Shown: piece after piece, positions 10,511 through 20,939 of the stretch
How the letters are laid out: every line of letters starts with the position of its first letter
Position numbering within the stretch: the stretch's first letter is position 1
NCBI GenBank assembly: GCA_965116905.1
Contig: OZ220732.1
Span: 768,001 to 832,000, forward strand
Direction of reading: 5' to 3'
From: Longimicrobiales bacterium
GTDB lineage: Bacteria; Gemmatimonadota; Gemmatimonadetes; Longimicrobiales; Gaopeijiaceae
Length of the DNA: 64,000 nucleotides
Notes under the pieces: model-generated
What the model saw: the letters and a program-made list of their open reading frames with translations, nothing else
Told to the model about the DNA's origin: nothing
Databases searched by the model: none
Made by a program: the position numbers and the translations under genes

Positions 10511-10529
10511 CGGCGTTTCGTATCTCCCC

Positions 10530-10558
10530 TTGACGTGGCCTCACGATTCGTATAGCGT
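10530..10558 (+). promoter_or_regulatory. Possible sigma70 promoter of the Ubl operon
   Basis: TTGACG-17 bp-TAGCGT in the divergent intergenic region. Confidence 0.35.
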
Positions 10559-10631
10559 TTCACTACGATGTCGCAGCATTCGCTACGACTAAGCATAGCC
10601 CGCGAAAGGGCTCCAAGCAAGGAGGGGAACG

Positions 10632-10874
10632 ATGTCGGAGCGAGGAAAGGACCTGATCATCTACGTGAACCGTCGCAAGTTCGATGACGGTGACGGGGTC
10701 AAGCCACACATGACCGGTGGCGAGATCGCGCTGCTCGTGGACGTGCCGCCCGGGAACGCCGTGGTCCGACTCGATAGGCGCGGCGACAAGAGGGAGATCG
10801 CGGAGAAGGAAGGGGTCGATATCAAGCACGACGATCACTTTCTCGTGACGCGGAAAGTCGTCGAGGGGGGTTGA
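10632..10874 (+). CDS. Ubiquitin-like (multi-ubiquitin-type beta-grasp) protein ending in Gly-Gly
   Basis: IYVN...MTGGEIA.L...VDIK..DHF signature; C-terminus VVEGG; GGAGG RBS. Confidence 0.85.
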   Translation: MSERGKDLIIYVNRRKFDDGDGVKPHMTGGEIALLVDVPPGNAVVRLDRRGDKREIAEKEGVDIKHDDHFLVTRKVVEGG

Positions 10875-11275
10875 TGAACCAGGATCGGATAGTGCGCGAA
10901 CTACGCGCATTGGAGGAGGGCGGGCAGGTAGCGAAGTTGGTGACCGTCTCGCGACCCGTCGTGGTCTATTACGATGTTCCGACCGCTGGTGAAGAGAGGG
11001 ATCTGCCTTCCGAATCAGATGTCATAGTGCCCGTACCCAGCGGCTACCCTGGGGGCATCATCGACCTCGCTGGCCTGCCCGTGGACTCTCCGTTCCTGGG
11101 TCTCGTCAAGGGTGGCCGAAACAGCCAAGGTCTCATCAGTGTCTGCGACCGCGAGTGGCAGCTCGCCAGCTACCATCCGCATAACGGCGGCGGCGGTCCC
11201 CCATGGGATCCGAATCGTCACGGCTTTCACACCTACCTGGATCACTTGATCGCATGGCTAGCCCATCTGAACTGA
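10871..11275 (+). CDS. Prokaryotic E2/UBC-like protein (family E / BubB-like)
   Basis: VPSGYP, WQLASYH, W.P..HGFHTYL; coupled to the Ubl gene. Confidence 0.75.
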   Translation: MMNQDRIVRELRALEEGGQVAKLVTVSRPVVVYYDVPTAGEERDLPSESDVIVPVPSGYPGGIIDLAGLPVDSPFLGLVKGGRNSQGLISVCDREWQLASYHPHNGGGGPPWDPNRHGFHTYLDHLIAWLAHLN

Positions 11276-12726
11276 ACGGTAGGCGGACTGGGAGCGTCAT
11301 CGTTCGGATAAGCAACCCCGAACGGGACGACCTGCTCCGTTTGATGTTTTCTCGATACCCGAAGGAAGAGTGGGCCACGTTCGTCAGATTCGGGTGGCGA
11401 GACACAGGCAGTACTCTGGTCCTGACGCTGGCGGGTATCGACGCGCCCCAGCCCGGAGAGCTGGATGAGCGGGTGGATCACGTGGCAATCCTGGAGCCGT
11501 ATACGCTGCGCATTGCGCTCGATGCCGAGACGCACCCGTTGGCCGTCGGTGTTGTTCACAGCCACCCGGAGGGTTGCCCACCTGTACCGAGCCTGATCGA
11601 CGACGATATGGACACCTACTTCGCCGACTACCTTGCTGGGTTCGCCCCTGGGCGACCGTACGTCAGTTTGATCGTCTCTCAGGTCGACGACCAGGTAGTT
11701 TTTGGGGGCCGCGTCTTCCACGATGGCCATTGGTACCCAATTGCGCGGTTTCCATCTGATTGCGAGCCGGTACATGTTCATCATCAGGAGAGGCCCGACT
11801 CGGCTGACCTTGAGACAGTAGCTCGACTCGCTGCCGCGTTTGGAGACGATGCGGCGCGCAGACTCCGGGAGGCCACGGTCGGCGTGGTCGGCGCCGGCGG
11901 GACGGGCTCGGTGGCCATTGAGGTCTTGGCACGTGCTGGCGTGGGCCGGTTGATCATCGTCGATCCTGACCACCTGGAGCCCTCCAATCTCGAGCGCGTT
12001 CATGGCAGTTGCGCCGATGATGGAGTGGCGCGCTTGAGCAAGTCGGAGATTGCACGGCGTCACGTTAGCGCGATCAATAGGCGATGTGAGGTTGTCGCCG
12101 TAAAGGGAGCGCTACCTCAGGAGCTCGCCATAGACAAGCTCGTCGAGGCAGACGTAGTCCTCGGTTGCACGGACCAGCAACACAGCCGCCTTGCTCTAAG
12201 TGACCTCGTGGTCCGCTACCTCGTGCCGGCAATCGACTGTGGCGTTGCGTTGGAAGGGAGCGAGGGAGTCGTTCGTGGCCAGATAATGCAATTGCTGCGC
12301 TGGCTACCAGCGGACCCGTGCGCCATATGCCGCGGGCTCATTAATCCACGTCGGGTCTCCCAGGAACTCATGTCCGAGCAGGAGCGAGAGTCCCGGCGGT
12401 TGGCGGCCCAAGCGGCCAATCCGGACGGCCGACCCGATAGTGCGTACTGGGAGGACATCCCTCAGCTAAACACCGTTGGCTACCTAACCACGACGGCGGG
12501 AGCGCTGGCGGCAGGCTACGCCGTTGGTTGGATCACCGGACGCTTCGAGCCTCCATTCGAGCGGCTCCAAATGAACCTCACAGCACCCGAGTTTGAGGTC
12601 ATTGCTTGGGAGGAAGTAGCCAACGACGGATGTGCGTGCCGAAGGGTACGTGGCTGGGGCGACCAAGGAAGCGCAGAGGCTTGGGTAACACCTCCTGACC
12701 ACTGGCCGGCCGCCGTGGTCCTGTAG
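11254..12726 (+). CDS. JAB peptidase - ThiF/E1 fusion
   Basis: JAB HSHP...PS..D; E1 GAGGTGS, D.D.LE.SNL.R, GCTD, CAIC and CAC Zn ligands. Confidence 0.85.
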   Translation: MASPSELNGRRTGSVIVRISNPERDDLLRLMFSRYPKEEWATFVRFGWRDTGSTLVLTLAGIDAPQPGELDERVDHVAILEPYTLRIALDAETHPLAVGVVHSHPEGCPPVPSLIDDDMDTYFADYLAGFAPGRPYVSLIVSQVDDQVVFGGRVFHDGHWYPIARFPSDCEPVHVHHQERPDSADLETVARLAAAFGDDAARRLREATVGVVGAGGTGSVAIEVLARAGVGRLIIVDPDHLEPSNLERVHGSCADDGVARLSKSEIARRHVSAINRRCEVVAVKGALPQELAIDKLVEADVVLGCTDQQHSRLALSDLVVRYLVPAIDCGVALEGSEGVVRGQIMQLLRWLPADPCAICRGLINPRRVSQELMSEQERESRRLAAQAANPDGRPDSAYWEDIPQLNTVGYLTTTAGALAAGYAVGWITGRFEPPFERLQMNLTAPEFEVIAWEEVANDGCACRRVRGWGDQGSAEAWVTPPDHWPAAVVL

Positions 12727-12862
12727 CTAAGCCCGATATGGCTCGACATCACCGCAATACGATGCCATCGCGGCCGTACGTCCCCCGTCCACGTCAACGA
12801 CGAGCTCGTCCAGCGCGTCCGCGACTCTAGCGCCGTCGGGTTGGCCGCCTGGGCTACTGCAG

Positions 12863-13780
12863 ATGCCCGCACTCTCGCAGGCTCCGGATGGGAGATGCCA
12901 AGAAATGACAGCAAGCTACGGTTCAGGAGATGTGTCCATCACACCATCCACGGTAGGCAACGTCGCCGTGTCGAACGTTCGCGCCGTCCCGGCCCTGATC
13001 CCCCGAATTCGCTTCGATCTGTCCTGGACCCTACACAACGCTTTCACCCTGGAAGAGGGCCATCGGGGAAAGCAGTTCATCCTCACCGACTTCCGGGGCG
13101 AGCTGACGGTCGGGCCTGACAATCTGTTCGTCGGCAACCTCGTTCGGGACGGATCGGGCCACCCCATTCCGTCGCTGTCCCATGTGCGAGCGCACACGGG
13201 CTCCGTCGCTCTCGATCTGGATGGACATAGGCTCGAACGCCTGGAAGAGCATCGGGCAGGAGGCGTGCTTACCATGCAGATGCAGCTGTGGCCCCGTGTC
13301 GAGATGGACGGGAAGACAATTAATGCCACGGTCGCCGGAATCCGGCTCCAGGTCCCGCGTGACGAATGGCTGGCGGTGGTCGGCGGATTCACCGGAGAAC
13401 AGATCGACCTCTTTGAGATCCGCTACCACCTCACGCACGCGAGTCGTTTCCGGCCAAGCGTCGGGGTGCTCCAGCGTGCGCGCGAGGCCGTCGATCGGGG
13501 GGATTTCGACGCCGCCGTGATCCAGGCGAGAAAGGCCATCAGCCTCTCGGCCGAGTCTTTCCAAGGGCCCGACGGAGGCAGCCTCTTTGCCACCCTCACC
13601 GACAGACTCGACGACGACCATGCGAAGCTCTACGCGGGCCTGGTTGGCCGTGCCAAGGTCATGGGCAACCTTACCGCGCACAGTGCCTCGGCCCGCGAGT
13701 ACACGCGTGGCGAAGCGCTGTTCGCCATCCGCTTCGCAACGATCCTGCTCGAACTGATTGCCGGGTTGGTGTCAGATTGA
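12863..13780 (+). CDS. Hypothetical protein: beta-rich N-domain plus HEPN/DUF4145-like helical C-domain (start may be 12905)
   Basis: AREAVDRGDFDAAVIQARKA...GNLTAH...EALFAI pattern. Confidence 0.6.
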   Translation: MPALSQAPDGRCQEMTASYGSGDVSITPSTVGNVAVSNVRAVPALIPRIRFDLSWTLHNAFTLEEGHRGKQFILTDFRGELTVGPDNLFVGNLVRDGSGHPIPSLSHVRAHTGSVALDLDGHRLERLEEHRAGGVLTMQMQLWPRVEMDGKTINATVAGIRLQVPRDEWLAVVGGFTGEQIDLFEIRYHLTHASRFRPSVGVLQRAREAVDRGDFDAAVIQARKAISLSAESFQGPDGGSLFATLTDRLDDDHAKLYAGLVGRAKVMGNLTAHSASAREYTRGEALFAIRFATILLELIAGLVSD

Positions 13781-13816
13781 CTGCTGGTCGAGTCGGTCGA
13801 GAGGGGTCGGCATCGG

Positions 13817-13861
13817 CGAAATGTCAACTACAGTTTCCATTGTGTGAACTCTGCTTCACAT
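13817..13861. repeat. 45-bp palindromic direct repeat, copy 2
   Basis: cgaaatgtcaactacagtttccattgtgtgaactctgcttcacat versus 3336-3380. Confidence 0.75.
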
Positions 13862-14041
13862 ATGCTGGCCGATGACCGACGGATTGGGGGCACACTGGCA
13901 GTTGCGAATCACCCATCCGACCGCCATGATGACCGCTGCTGTACGAACGTTTGGGAACACCACTTCCCGCGACACTCCAACCGAGCCTTCACCAACCGTG
14001 AGAGTCCCGACACACGATTGCCTCAGAGATAGAAACGCCGT

Positions 14042-14602
14042 ATGAGGGCCCCTACAGCGGTCGTCCTCGTGTGGGCGGTCCTCCTGACTGCATGCGGCCT
14101 CAATGCTCCCGAGGAAGACGTTGAGGAGGTCCGTGGGTTCGCTATCGCACCCATCGAGATCAGTCCCGACGAGCTCGAGGTAGACCAAGGCGAGACTGTT
14201 GCTGTGGACATCGTGCGGGCACTGCCCGTTGCTCACCCGTGTTTCAGCTCAGGTACCGTGGACGCGCAGCCCAAGTGCGAGGACATCATGGGTAGCGGGT
14301 GGACTCTGTGGACCGAAGAGGATCTTGAAACGCTCACCATGGCGCTCGACTGTGGAGATACTGGCCCGGGAGGCGGGGCCATCAACTTGAAAGATTGTTG
14401 GGGCCTTACCGTGTACGAGAGAGGAACAGGACCTGGGCTGGAGGACCTCGGGGGCATGAGGTGGAAGCCCCTGCCTTCGCACTGCGGCCGCCGGACTTGG
14501 GTGGCATACACGCTGAAGGAACACCATGGCGCGGTGTCCAAGTTCTTTCCAAGTCTCCGAATCTTCACCGACACTACCGTCGTCTTCATCCGCCAATGTT
14601 GA
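14042..14602 (+). CDS. Cys-containing lipoprotein of unknown function
   Basis: Lipobox LLTAC. Confidence 0.6.
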   Translation: MRAPTAVVLVWAVLLTACGLNAPEEDVEEVRGFAIAPIEISPDELEVDQGETVAVDIVRALPVAHPCFSSGTVDAQPKCEDIMGSGWTLWTEEDLETLTMALDCGDTGPGGGAINLKDCWGLTVYERGTGPGLEDLGGMRWKPLPSHCGRRTWVAYTLKEHHGAVSKFFPSLRIFTDTTVVFIRQC

Positions 14603-14775
14603 CAACGCCTTCAAGATCGAAGCCTCTGGTCGCCAAAATCATCCGGCGCAACGGGGCCGGTCGCCGCGGCAAGTATCCTCCGCCAAGCGCCTGACAGCGG
14701 CGCTAGATCTTCCTTGGCCCTCACCCAGACCTGTCGACCCGCCTCGCCTGCTCGGCGGTATGCCCAGCGCGCAAT

Positions 14776-15438
14776 CTCAGGCCCATCAGGATGGTCCTCG
14801 TCGGTCTCGGGCTCGATGCGAGCGCCCACCGAGTGGTGTCCGACCTGGCGGACAGGGCTATCGACATCCGGCTGGTGACCTTCCATGGCTACGTCAACGA
14901 CCAGGAGATGCTGTTGGCCAGGCAGGTACGGGTTGCGGCCGATACCCGTACGTCGTCCACCGCTCCGCCAAGCGCGTCCGACCTGAAACGGAAGGCCACC
15001 GAGCACGGAGTCGCGGCGATCTGGCAGGACGCACGGGGATCGCTGGACTACAGTGTTCGGCCGTACCACACGAAAGCCGGCATCACCTACCTGCAGCGGA
15101 CGACCACCCTGCCCGATGGCGTGCGTGTCCGCGGGTCGCATTCCGTAACGATCAGCGAGGCCGGGGAGATACGGATCACGTTCTATCCGGCGGCCGTCGA
15201 CCTGTACCACGAGGAGTTCGAGCAGCTCAAGCGTGCGATTCCATTCCAAGCCGAGAAGCCCCCGAACGCCCTTGCGACGCGACGCGCGCCGGATCAGTGG
15301 TATTGCCGGCTCGACGAACGGTCATGGCAGGGGGGCAGGGCGCGTCTGATCGAGTTTGTGAGGGCCGTGGAGCACGCGTGGCGCGAGCACGAGCGGAAGG
15401 TGGCGGACGGGGGTGGAGACGTTGCGGCGGATGCGTAA
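14776..15438 (+). repeat. Repeat copy B (open frame 14791-15438, 5'-truncated gene)
   Basis: Direct repeat of copies A and C; MVLVGLGLDASAHR...TFHGY... Confidence 0.85.
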
Positions 15439-15541
15439 GAAGACACGAGAGGGCGCCGGGCTGGCTTGAGATCTGGTCGCTGCTCCCGTACTCTAGCGAC
15501 AAGGAAGCACCTGAACTCGGCGCGGAGAGAACGAGAACCCA

Positions 15542-17305
15542 GTGACCGGAACACTTACGTTTCTGAATCAGCTTCTACGCGGCGATTGGCTCTTTGAGAT
15601 TCCCATCTACCAGCGCGGCTACGCCTGGGGACAGGAGAACCTCCGGGATCTTTGGGACGATCTCTACTACCTCGGCGACCGAGAACACTACTTCGGTACC
15701 ATCCTGCTCAAGAAGGCGGAAAAGAGAACGAGAGCCCCCCTAAGAGACTTCGATCACTTCGAGGTAATCGATGGTCAGCAACGGCTGACGACAACCCTCA
15801 TCCTGCTTCGTGAGTTGATCTCCCAACTCAAGGATTTCCGCGACGAAGAAGTGAGTGGCCAGGCTTCCAAGCTCGAAGAGGACTACATCGTTTACCGGGA
15901 CCACTACAAGCTGGCTGTCGGCGGCGAAGACAAATCCTTCTTCCGAGAATCAATCCTGGCTGGTAGGTCCGCCACCGCCCCCCAGACCCGGGCCCAGGAG
16001 CGGCTACTAAGTGCCCAGGAGTTCTTCCGCGACTTGCTCGGTCGGCAAAGAGAATCCAGGGGTGATCAGTATCTCGACTTCCTGATCGAACTCAAGAGTC
16101 GGATCGACCGGCTGCAGGTCATGCTGTACATAGTGCCGTCAACTGCCGAGGCGGTCCGCATGTTCGAGACGGTGAACGACCGCGGGCAACCGTTGACGAA
16201 TCTGGAGAAGACGAAAAGCATCCTGATGTACGCCTCGTATCTCGTCGTTGACGACCCCACCGCCCTGGACACGCTGCTCTCAGAACTGAACGACCACTTT
16301 TCGGAGATCTACAAGTGCTTCAAGGACGTCGAGGAAGCGCTTGGGCTTCGCGATGCAGGTGAGATTCAACGCTATCATCACATCTTCTTCATTGGCTCGA
16401 AGGACTCCCACAAGCACATGCGGGTGCTCAAGGATCTTCTCATGGGGAAGAGCCGGGAGGATCCGGAAGACTGTAGGCGGTTCATTCGCAGGTACACCAG
16501 CGACCTCCGGCACGCGTTCGAAACGATGCGGGAGGTCGCGAGACGCAGGCGGGATAGGAGTGCGCTGGGCAGTGCAATCGACAGGCTCTTCCTAATCGGG
16601 CGTGTGGGGAATCTATATCCGCTTCTGATCGCCGGATGGCAGAAGTTCACGAAGGAATCGCAGCGCGAGGAGATTGTGTGCCTGTTCGAGGCTTTCGTAT
16701 TGCGAGTCTACCGTGTCGCCAGGCGGTACAGCCATACTGGTGGGAGTAGCCTGAACTGGTGGGCCCGTCAGGTCCACGGGGGGCACCGCGCCTACGCAGA
16801 CTTTCTCCACGGGTTGCGGGAACTGACTCAGTACTGGGGCAGCGACAACGCATTCCGACGACACTTGTCTGCGACGCACTGCTACGGGAATCTCGGTACG
16901 GGGACGATCAAATACCTGCTCGCAGAGTACGAGATGAAGCGCCGTATCGAAGCCCGCGAGCCGTTGCAGTTGGACCTTGCTGAGATCCTCTCGTCCGATT
17001 ACGAGACGGAGCACATCCTCCCGCAGCACCCCGCGGGGGGCCTAGGCGAGGAAGAGATGATCGCGCACCAGGAGATCGTCCATCGCCTGGGCAACCTGAC
17101 CATCGCGTCGAAGGACTGGAATCGGAGCATGAGCAACCGTCCCTTCGAGGAGAAGAAGGAATACTACGGCAATTCCATCCTGCGAGTCCAACGCGACCTA
17201 GAGGAATGGAGGGAATGGAACGAAGCGTCCATTCAAGAGCGCGGCGAGACTATCATCGACTTCGCTTTGGAGCGTTGGCGAATTGATCCCACGGTCCCTG
17301 AGTGA
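15542..17305 (+). CDS. gmrSD: GmrSD-like DUF262-DUF1524 (HNH) Type IV restriction protein
   Basis: IPIYQRGYAW, VIDGQQRLTT, FETVNDRG; EHILPQ...LGNLT...N...SN. Confidence 0.9.
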   Translation: MTGTLTFLNQLLRGDWLFEIPIYQRGYAWGQENLRDLWDDLYYLGDREHYFGTILLKKAEKRTRAPLRDFDHFEVIDGQQRLTTTLILLRELISQLKDFRDEEVSGQASKLEEDYIVYRDHYKLAVGGEDKSFFRESILAGRSATAPQTRAQERLLSAQEFFRDLLGRQRESRGDQYLDFLIELKSRIDRLQVMLYIVPSTAEAVRMFETVNDRGQPLTNLEKTKSILMYASYLVVDDPTALDTLLSELNDHFSEIYKCFKDVEEALGLRDAGEIQRYHHIFFIGSKDSHKHMRVLKDLLMGKSREDPEDCRRFIRRYTSDLRHAFETMREVARRRRDRSALGSAIDRLFLIGRVGNLYPLLIAGWQKFTKESQREEIVCLFEAFVLRVYRVARRYSHTGGSSLNWWARQVHGGHRAYADFLHGLRELTQYWGSDNAFRRHLSATHCYGNLGTGTIKYLLAEYEMKRRIEAREPLQLDLAEILSSDYETEHILPQHPAGGLGEEEMIAHQEIVHRLGNLTIASKDWNRSMSNRPFEEKKEYYGNSILRVQRDLEEWREWNEASIQERGETIIDFALERWRIDPTVPE

Positions 17306-17324
17306 CTGGTCTGCCGGTCTCTTC

Positions 17325-17425
17325 CTCCTCGACAACTGGCACGACATCATCGGTGATCCACCTTCGCCGACGCCATCCTCGACTGGCTCCTCCACAACTC
17401 TCAACCGCATCACCCTCAGAGGCGC
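17325..17425 (+). mobile_element. IS21 istB fragment
   Basis: Reads DNWHDIIGDP/FADAILDWLLHNS/NRITLRG across frameshifts, matching the IstB C-terminal motif. Confidence 0.6.
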
Positions 17426-17459
17426 TCGTCGAGCATTCCTGACAACCGACGACCCTGGA

Positions 17460-17720
17460 CAGATACGGGCCACATTTTGTCCGGCGGCCGTCGGCTTGTC
17501 CCACGAGAATGCTCGAGCAATTCAAAGCGTGCGATTCCATTCGAAGCCGAGAAGCCCAGCCCCCCGACGACGCGTCGCGCGCCATAATCATTGGTATTGG
17601 CGGTGGGAGGGAGGGAAGAAGAGGGCGGCGATGTTAGTTGCCGTCGTGGTGGACGAGCCAAGCTGCAGCGAGTGGGGATCGGCACGAGCGGAGGTTGACC
17701 GGGTGACGCGGCGGTGGGCT
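17460..17720 (+). repeat. Degenerate partial repeat copy, matching ~23955-24210
   Basis: Shared gcgattccattcgaagccg, agggcggcgatg, ctgcagcgagtggg and acgcggcggtggg blocks. Confidence 0.7.
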
Positions 17721-18041
17721 GGTCGCGGTGGGCCATCACGGCCTGGGCTCGTCCGCGACCGAGCGGATCTCAGGTCAGAAACGTGGCCACCGGTGGCGCA
17801 ATCTGGGCTGTCTCGGCCTCGCGAATAGGCGGAACCGCGATCACTAGCATGACCCCAAAGAGCGACCGGTGCCGGCACCTGCTCCCTTGCTCACTGGCGA
17901 CCCGCCGTGTACTTCAGAACGGCGCAACGACAATCGGGGCTATCGCACGGTCAGCCGGTCCGCCGGTCGCGCTAGCAGCATTCAATTCAATCCGGAGAAG
18001 TACTTCACGTTTGGGCCAATCCGCCCAGAGAGGAATGAGCA

Positions 18042-20932
18042 GTGGCCGAGAATGACAGTAAGGGCGCTCAGGATAACGCCCGGCGCGTGCGTGTCGAGTG
18101 GCTTCCGACGTACTCGCAAATGCGTCGCTTCATCGGGGTGTTGATCGGCCGCCCGAAGACCAACTTCACCGGACTCCAGAAAGAGCTGTGGGGGCTCCGC
18201 GGCACGCCGCAAAAGACCGTCGATTGGAAAGACCCGGACACCTGGATCGACGAGAGGGTCCCCGGCGAATACCACGAGTTGGCCCTGGCGATCTGGACCA
18301 AAAGCGGTGTCAATCCCAGGTACACAGATGACCATTGGAGGCTCATCCAGAACTACGAACTGCTCGCGGAGGGAGCGGACGGCAAACTGGAGTTGGCCGA
18401 ACGTGGAATCGACTTTATCGACCACGAGTTCGGCGAGGCAGAGGTGTTTCTGGACGAACAAGAAGGCATCATCAACCTCCTCACACTTGTGGCTGGTGCC
18501 GGATCCGCCGGCGCGAGCCGTTCAGCGCTACGTGAGCCGTGGAAGGAGTACCTCACTCGCCATTCGGGATACCAGGCACGCACTACCGTCGACTCAACAC
18601 TCTCGTCACGCCTGAATCACCTTGTCCACCGGGGTTTGGTCAAGCGCGACGGTTCCGACTACGAGATTACCAAGGCGGGATTCGATCACCTGAAGAGGGC
18701 TTCCGTTGACTCGGCGATTACGAAAGGCCTGTGGGACTCGTACCTCGCAACTGCAAAGGAGCGTCAAGAGGAAATCGCCAGACAGGAAGACTACAAGGCG
18801 ACTCTGGCAGAGGAGCTGGCCAAAGCCCGTAGGGCGTTGTTGAGCGACGACGATGGGTGGCCACGGCTGGTGATCGCCGCGATCAAGCACAAAGACAACA
18901 ACATCATCTTCCACGTCAACAAGTCGAAGCTGACGAACTGGATCGAAGGCAATCGAGCCGAGGCAAGAGAAGCCCTACTGGGGATGTGGTCTCAAGGCGA
19001 TCGATCACCTGGTGACCGCGTCCACTCCTTCGACGCCAAGGTGCCGGAATCCGTTTGGCCGCGAACTGCCGTGGGCACACGGCTCAATTCGGCATCGTAC
19101 CTCATGATGGGACTCGACGCGCAGCGCTATCCGCCCTATCAGATCAGGCTGTTCACCAACGCGTATCGGTGGCTCGGGTATCCGATGTCTGCCGCCAAGG
19201 ACGCAGGGGGTGCGTACGAACACGCCTTGGGGTTCCTCGATCGCCTACTTGAAGAAGCACATAAGCGTGGAATGGATAGACCCAGTACCCGGTTGGACGC
19301 GCAATCTGTCGTTTGGCAGCTCCGGAACGAGCCCGCGGAAGACGGAGGGGGCGCTAGACCGACAGATGGGTTCACGAAACTCGCCAAATCCCTCAAGGAC
19401 GCCGGTCTTCTTTTCTCTCAGGAACTAGTCGCCAACTACATCCTGGCCTTGCAGACCAAGCGGTTCGCCATTCTGACGGGGATCTCGGGGACCGGGAAGA
19501 CTAAGATCGCCAAGGCCTTGGCAGGGCACTTCGAACTGAGGAGGCCGGCCGCCAAGATTCCGGGTGATGCTGTCCTCCGAAGGGTGATGCCCGCCCACGT
19601 CAAGTTCGCCAAGCTCGTCTTGCCTGTGGCCATCCGCGACGAACTCAACATCGAAACAAAACCGAGCGCCGGCACAGGACCAACGCTTATCGTACGGTAT
19701 CCAGGTGGGCATGCTAGGCTTCGGACTTTCCTAGCCGGCGGAATGAATCCGATTCTTCAGTTCAAAGGAGATTTTCGGGAGTGGTTCCAGTCGACCTTCA
19801 AGGAGGGCAGTCAGTTCTGGCTTCGAGTGCAGCCCAGCGAAACGGACGACCACGGTGAACTGGAAATCGGACTACCCGGCACTGAAGTCGTCGACAAACG
19901 CCTCGACAACTGCGTCGTCATCCCCGTCCGCCCCGACTGGGTCGACAACCGTGGCCTGCTCGGCTACCTCAACCCCCTGACGAACGAGTACTCGACCACC
20001 CCGTTCCTGAATCTGCTGCTCCGGGCGCGCGACGAGGAAGAAAGAGCCGAGGCGGTCGGCGAGGAGCCACACCCCTTCTTCGTCATTCTCGACGAAATGA
20101 ATCTGGCCCGTGTCGAACACTACTTCTCGGACTTCCTGTCGGCCCTCGAATCAGGCGAGGCCATTCCGCTTCACGAGAACGCAGCAATCGAGAGCGGCGA
20201 GTCCGAATCGGGCCCCCAGGTGCCCCGAGAGCTGAAGGTGCCCGGCAACGTCCTCTTCACCGGCACCGTGAACGTTGACGAGACTACGTACATGTTCAGC
20301 CCCAAGGTGCTCGACCGCGCATTCACCATCGAGTTCGACCAGGTCGACCTGGAAGGGTTCACGACGGGGGAAGCCAGTGACGACGCCTCTGAGCTGGACC
20401 TCGATGGCGTCGAGGACTCACTCGATCTCCTGCGATGCGGGTCCTCGGACGGGGACTGGAAACCCAGACGTGAAGACTGGGTGGCGTTCAGCAAGGGGAA
20501 ACCCGAACACCACACGGCTCTCCTCCAGCTCCACGCCATCCTGGAGAGACAGCACCGGCACTTCGGATACCGTGTCGCCAACGAGATCGCCCGGTTCGTG
20601 AACCTGGCGCGCGAACAAGCGGCGGATCCGGACACAGCCGCAGACGCTGCCTTCGATCTCGCGCTCCTCCAGAAGGTCCTGCCGAAGTTCCATGGGACAC
20701 AACAGGAGTTGGAGTCTCTGCTCGAACAGCTCTTCCACTTCGCGTTGCACGGTGGCGACCACGGGTCAGAGGGGAACAGTCTGCGAAAGTGGACGACTGG
20801 AACGTCGTTGCCGGTCGTTTGACGGGCTCGTCCGCTGACGCAAAGGCCCCGGCCTACCCACGCACCGGTGCGAAGGTCTTGCGAATGCTCCAGCGCCTGC
20901 GGGACCGGGGCTTCACTTCGTTTATCGAGTGA
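18042..20932 (+). CDS. mcrB: McrB-like AAA+ GTPase with multiple N-terminal DNA-binding domains; frameshifted near 20770-20790
   Basis: GISGTGKT, VRPDW, ILDEMNLARVE, NVDETT..FSPKVLDRA; the typical tail YPRTGAKVLRML.RL...GFTSFIE lies in another frame ending at 20932. Confidence 0.85.
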
Positions 20933-20939
20933 CCGGCCC

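Noticed and set aside
2478..17896. 15-bp match ctcccttgctcactg at 2478 and 17882
   Set aside because: Short, does not extend, and has no clear boundary role.
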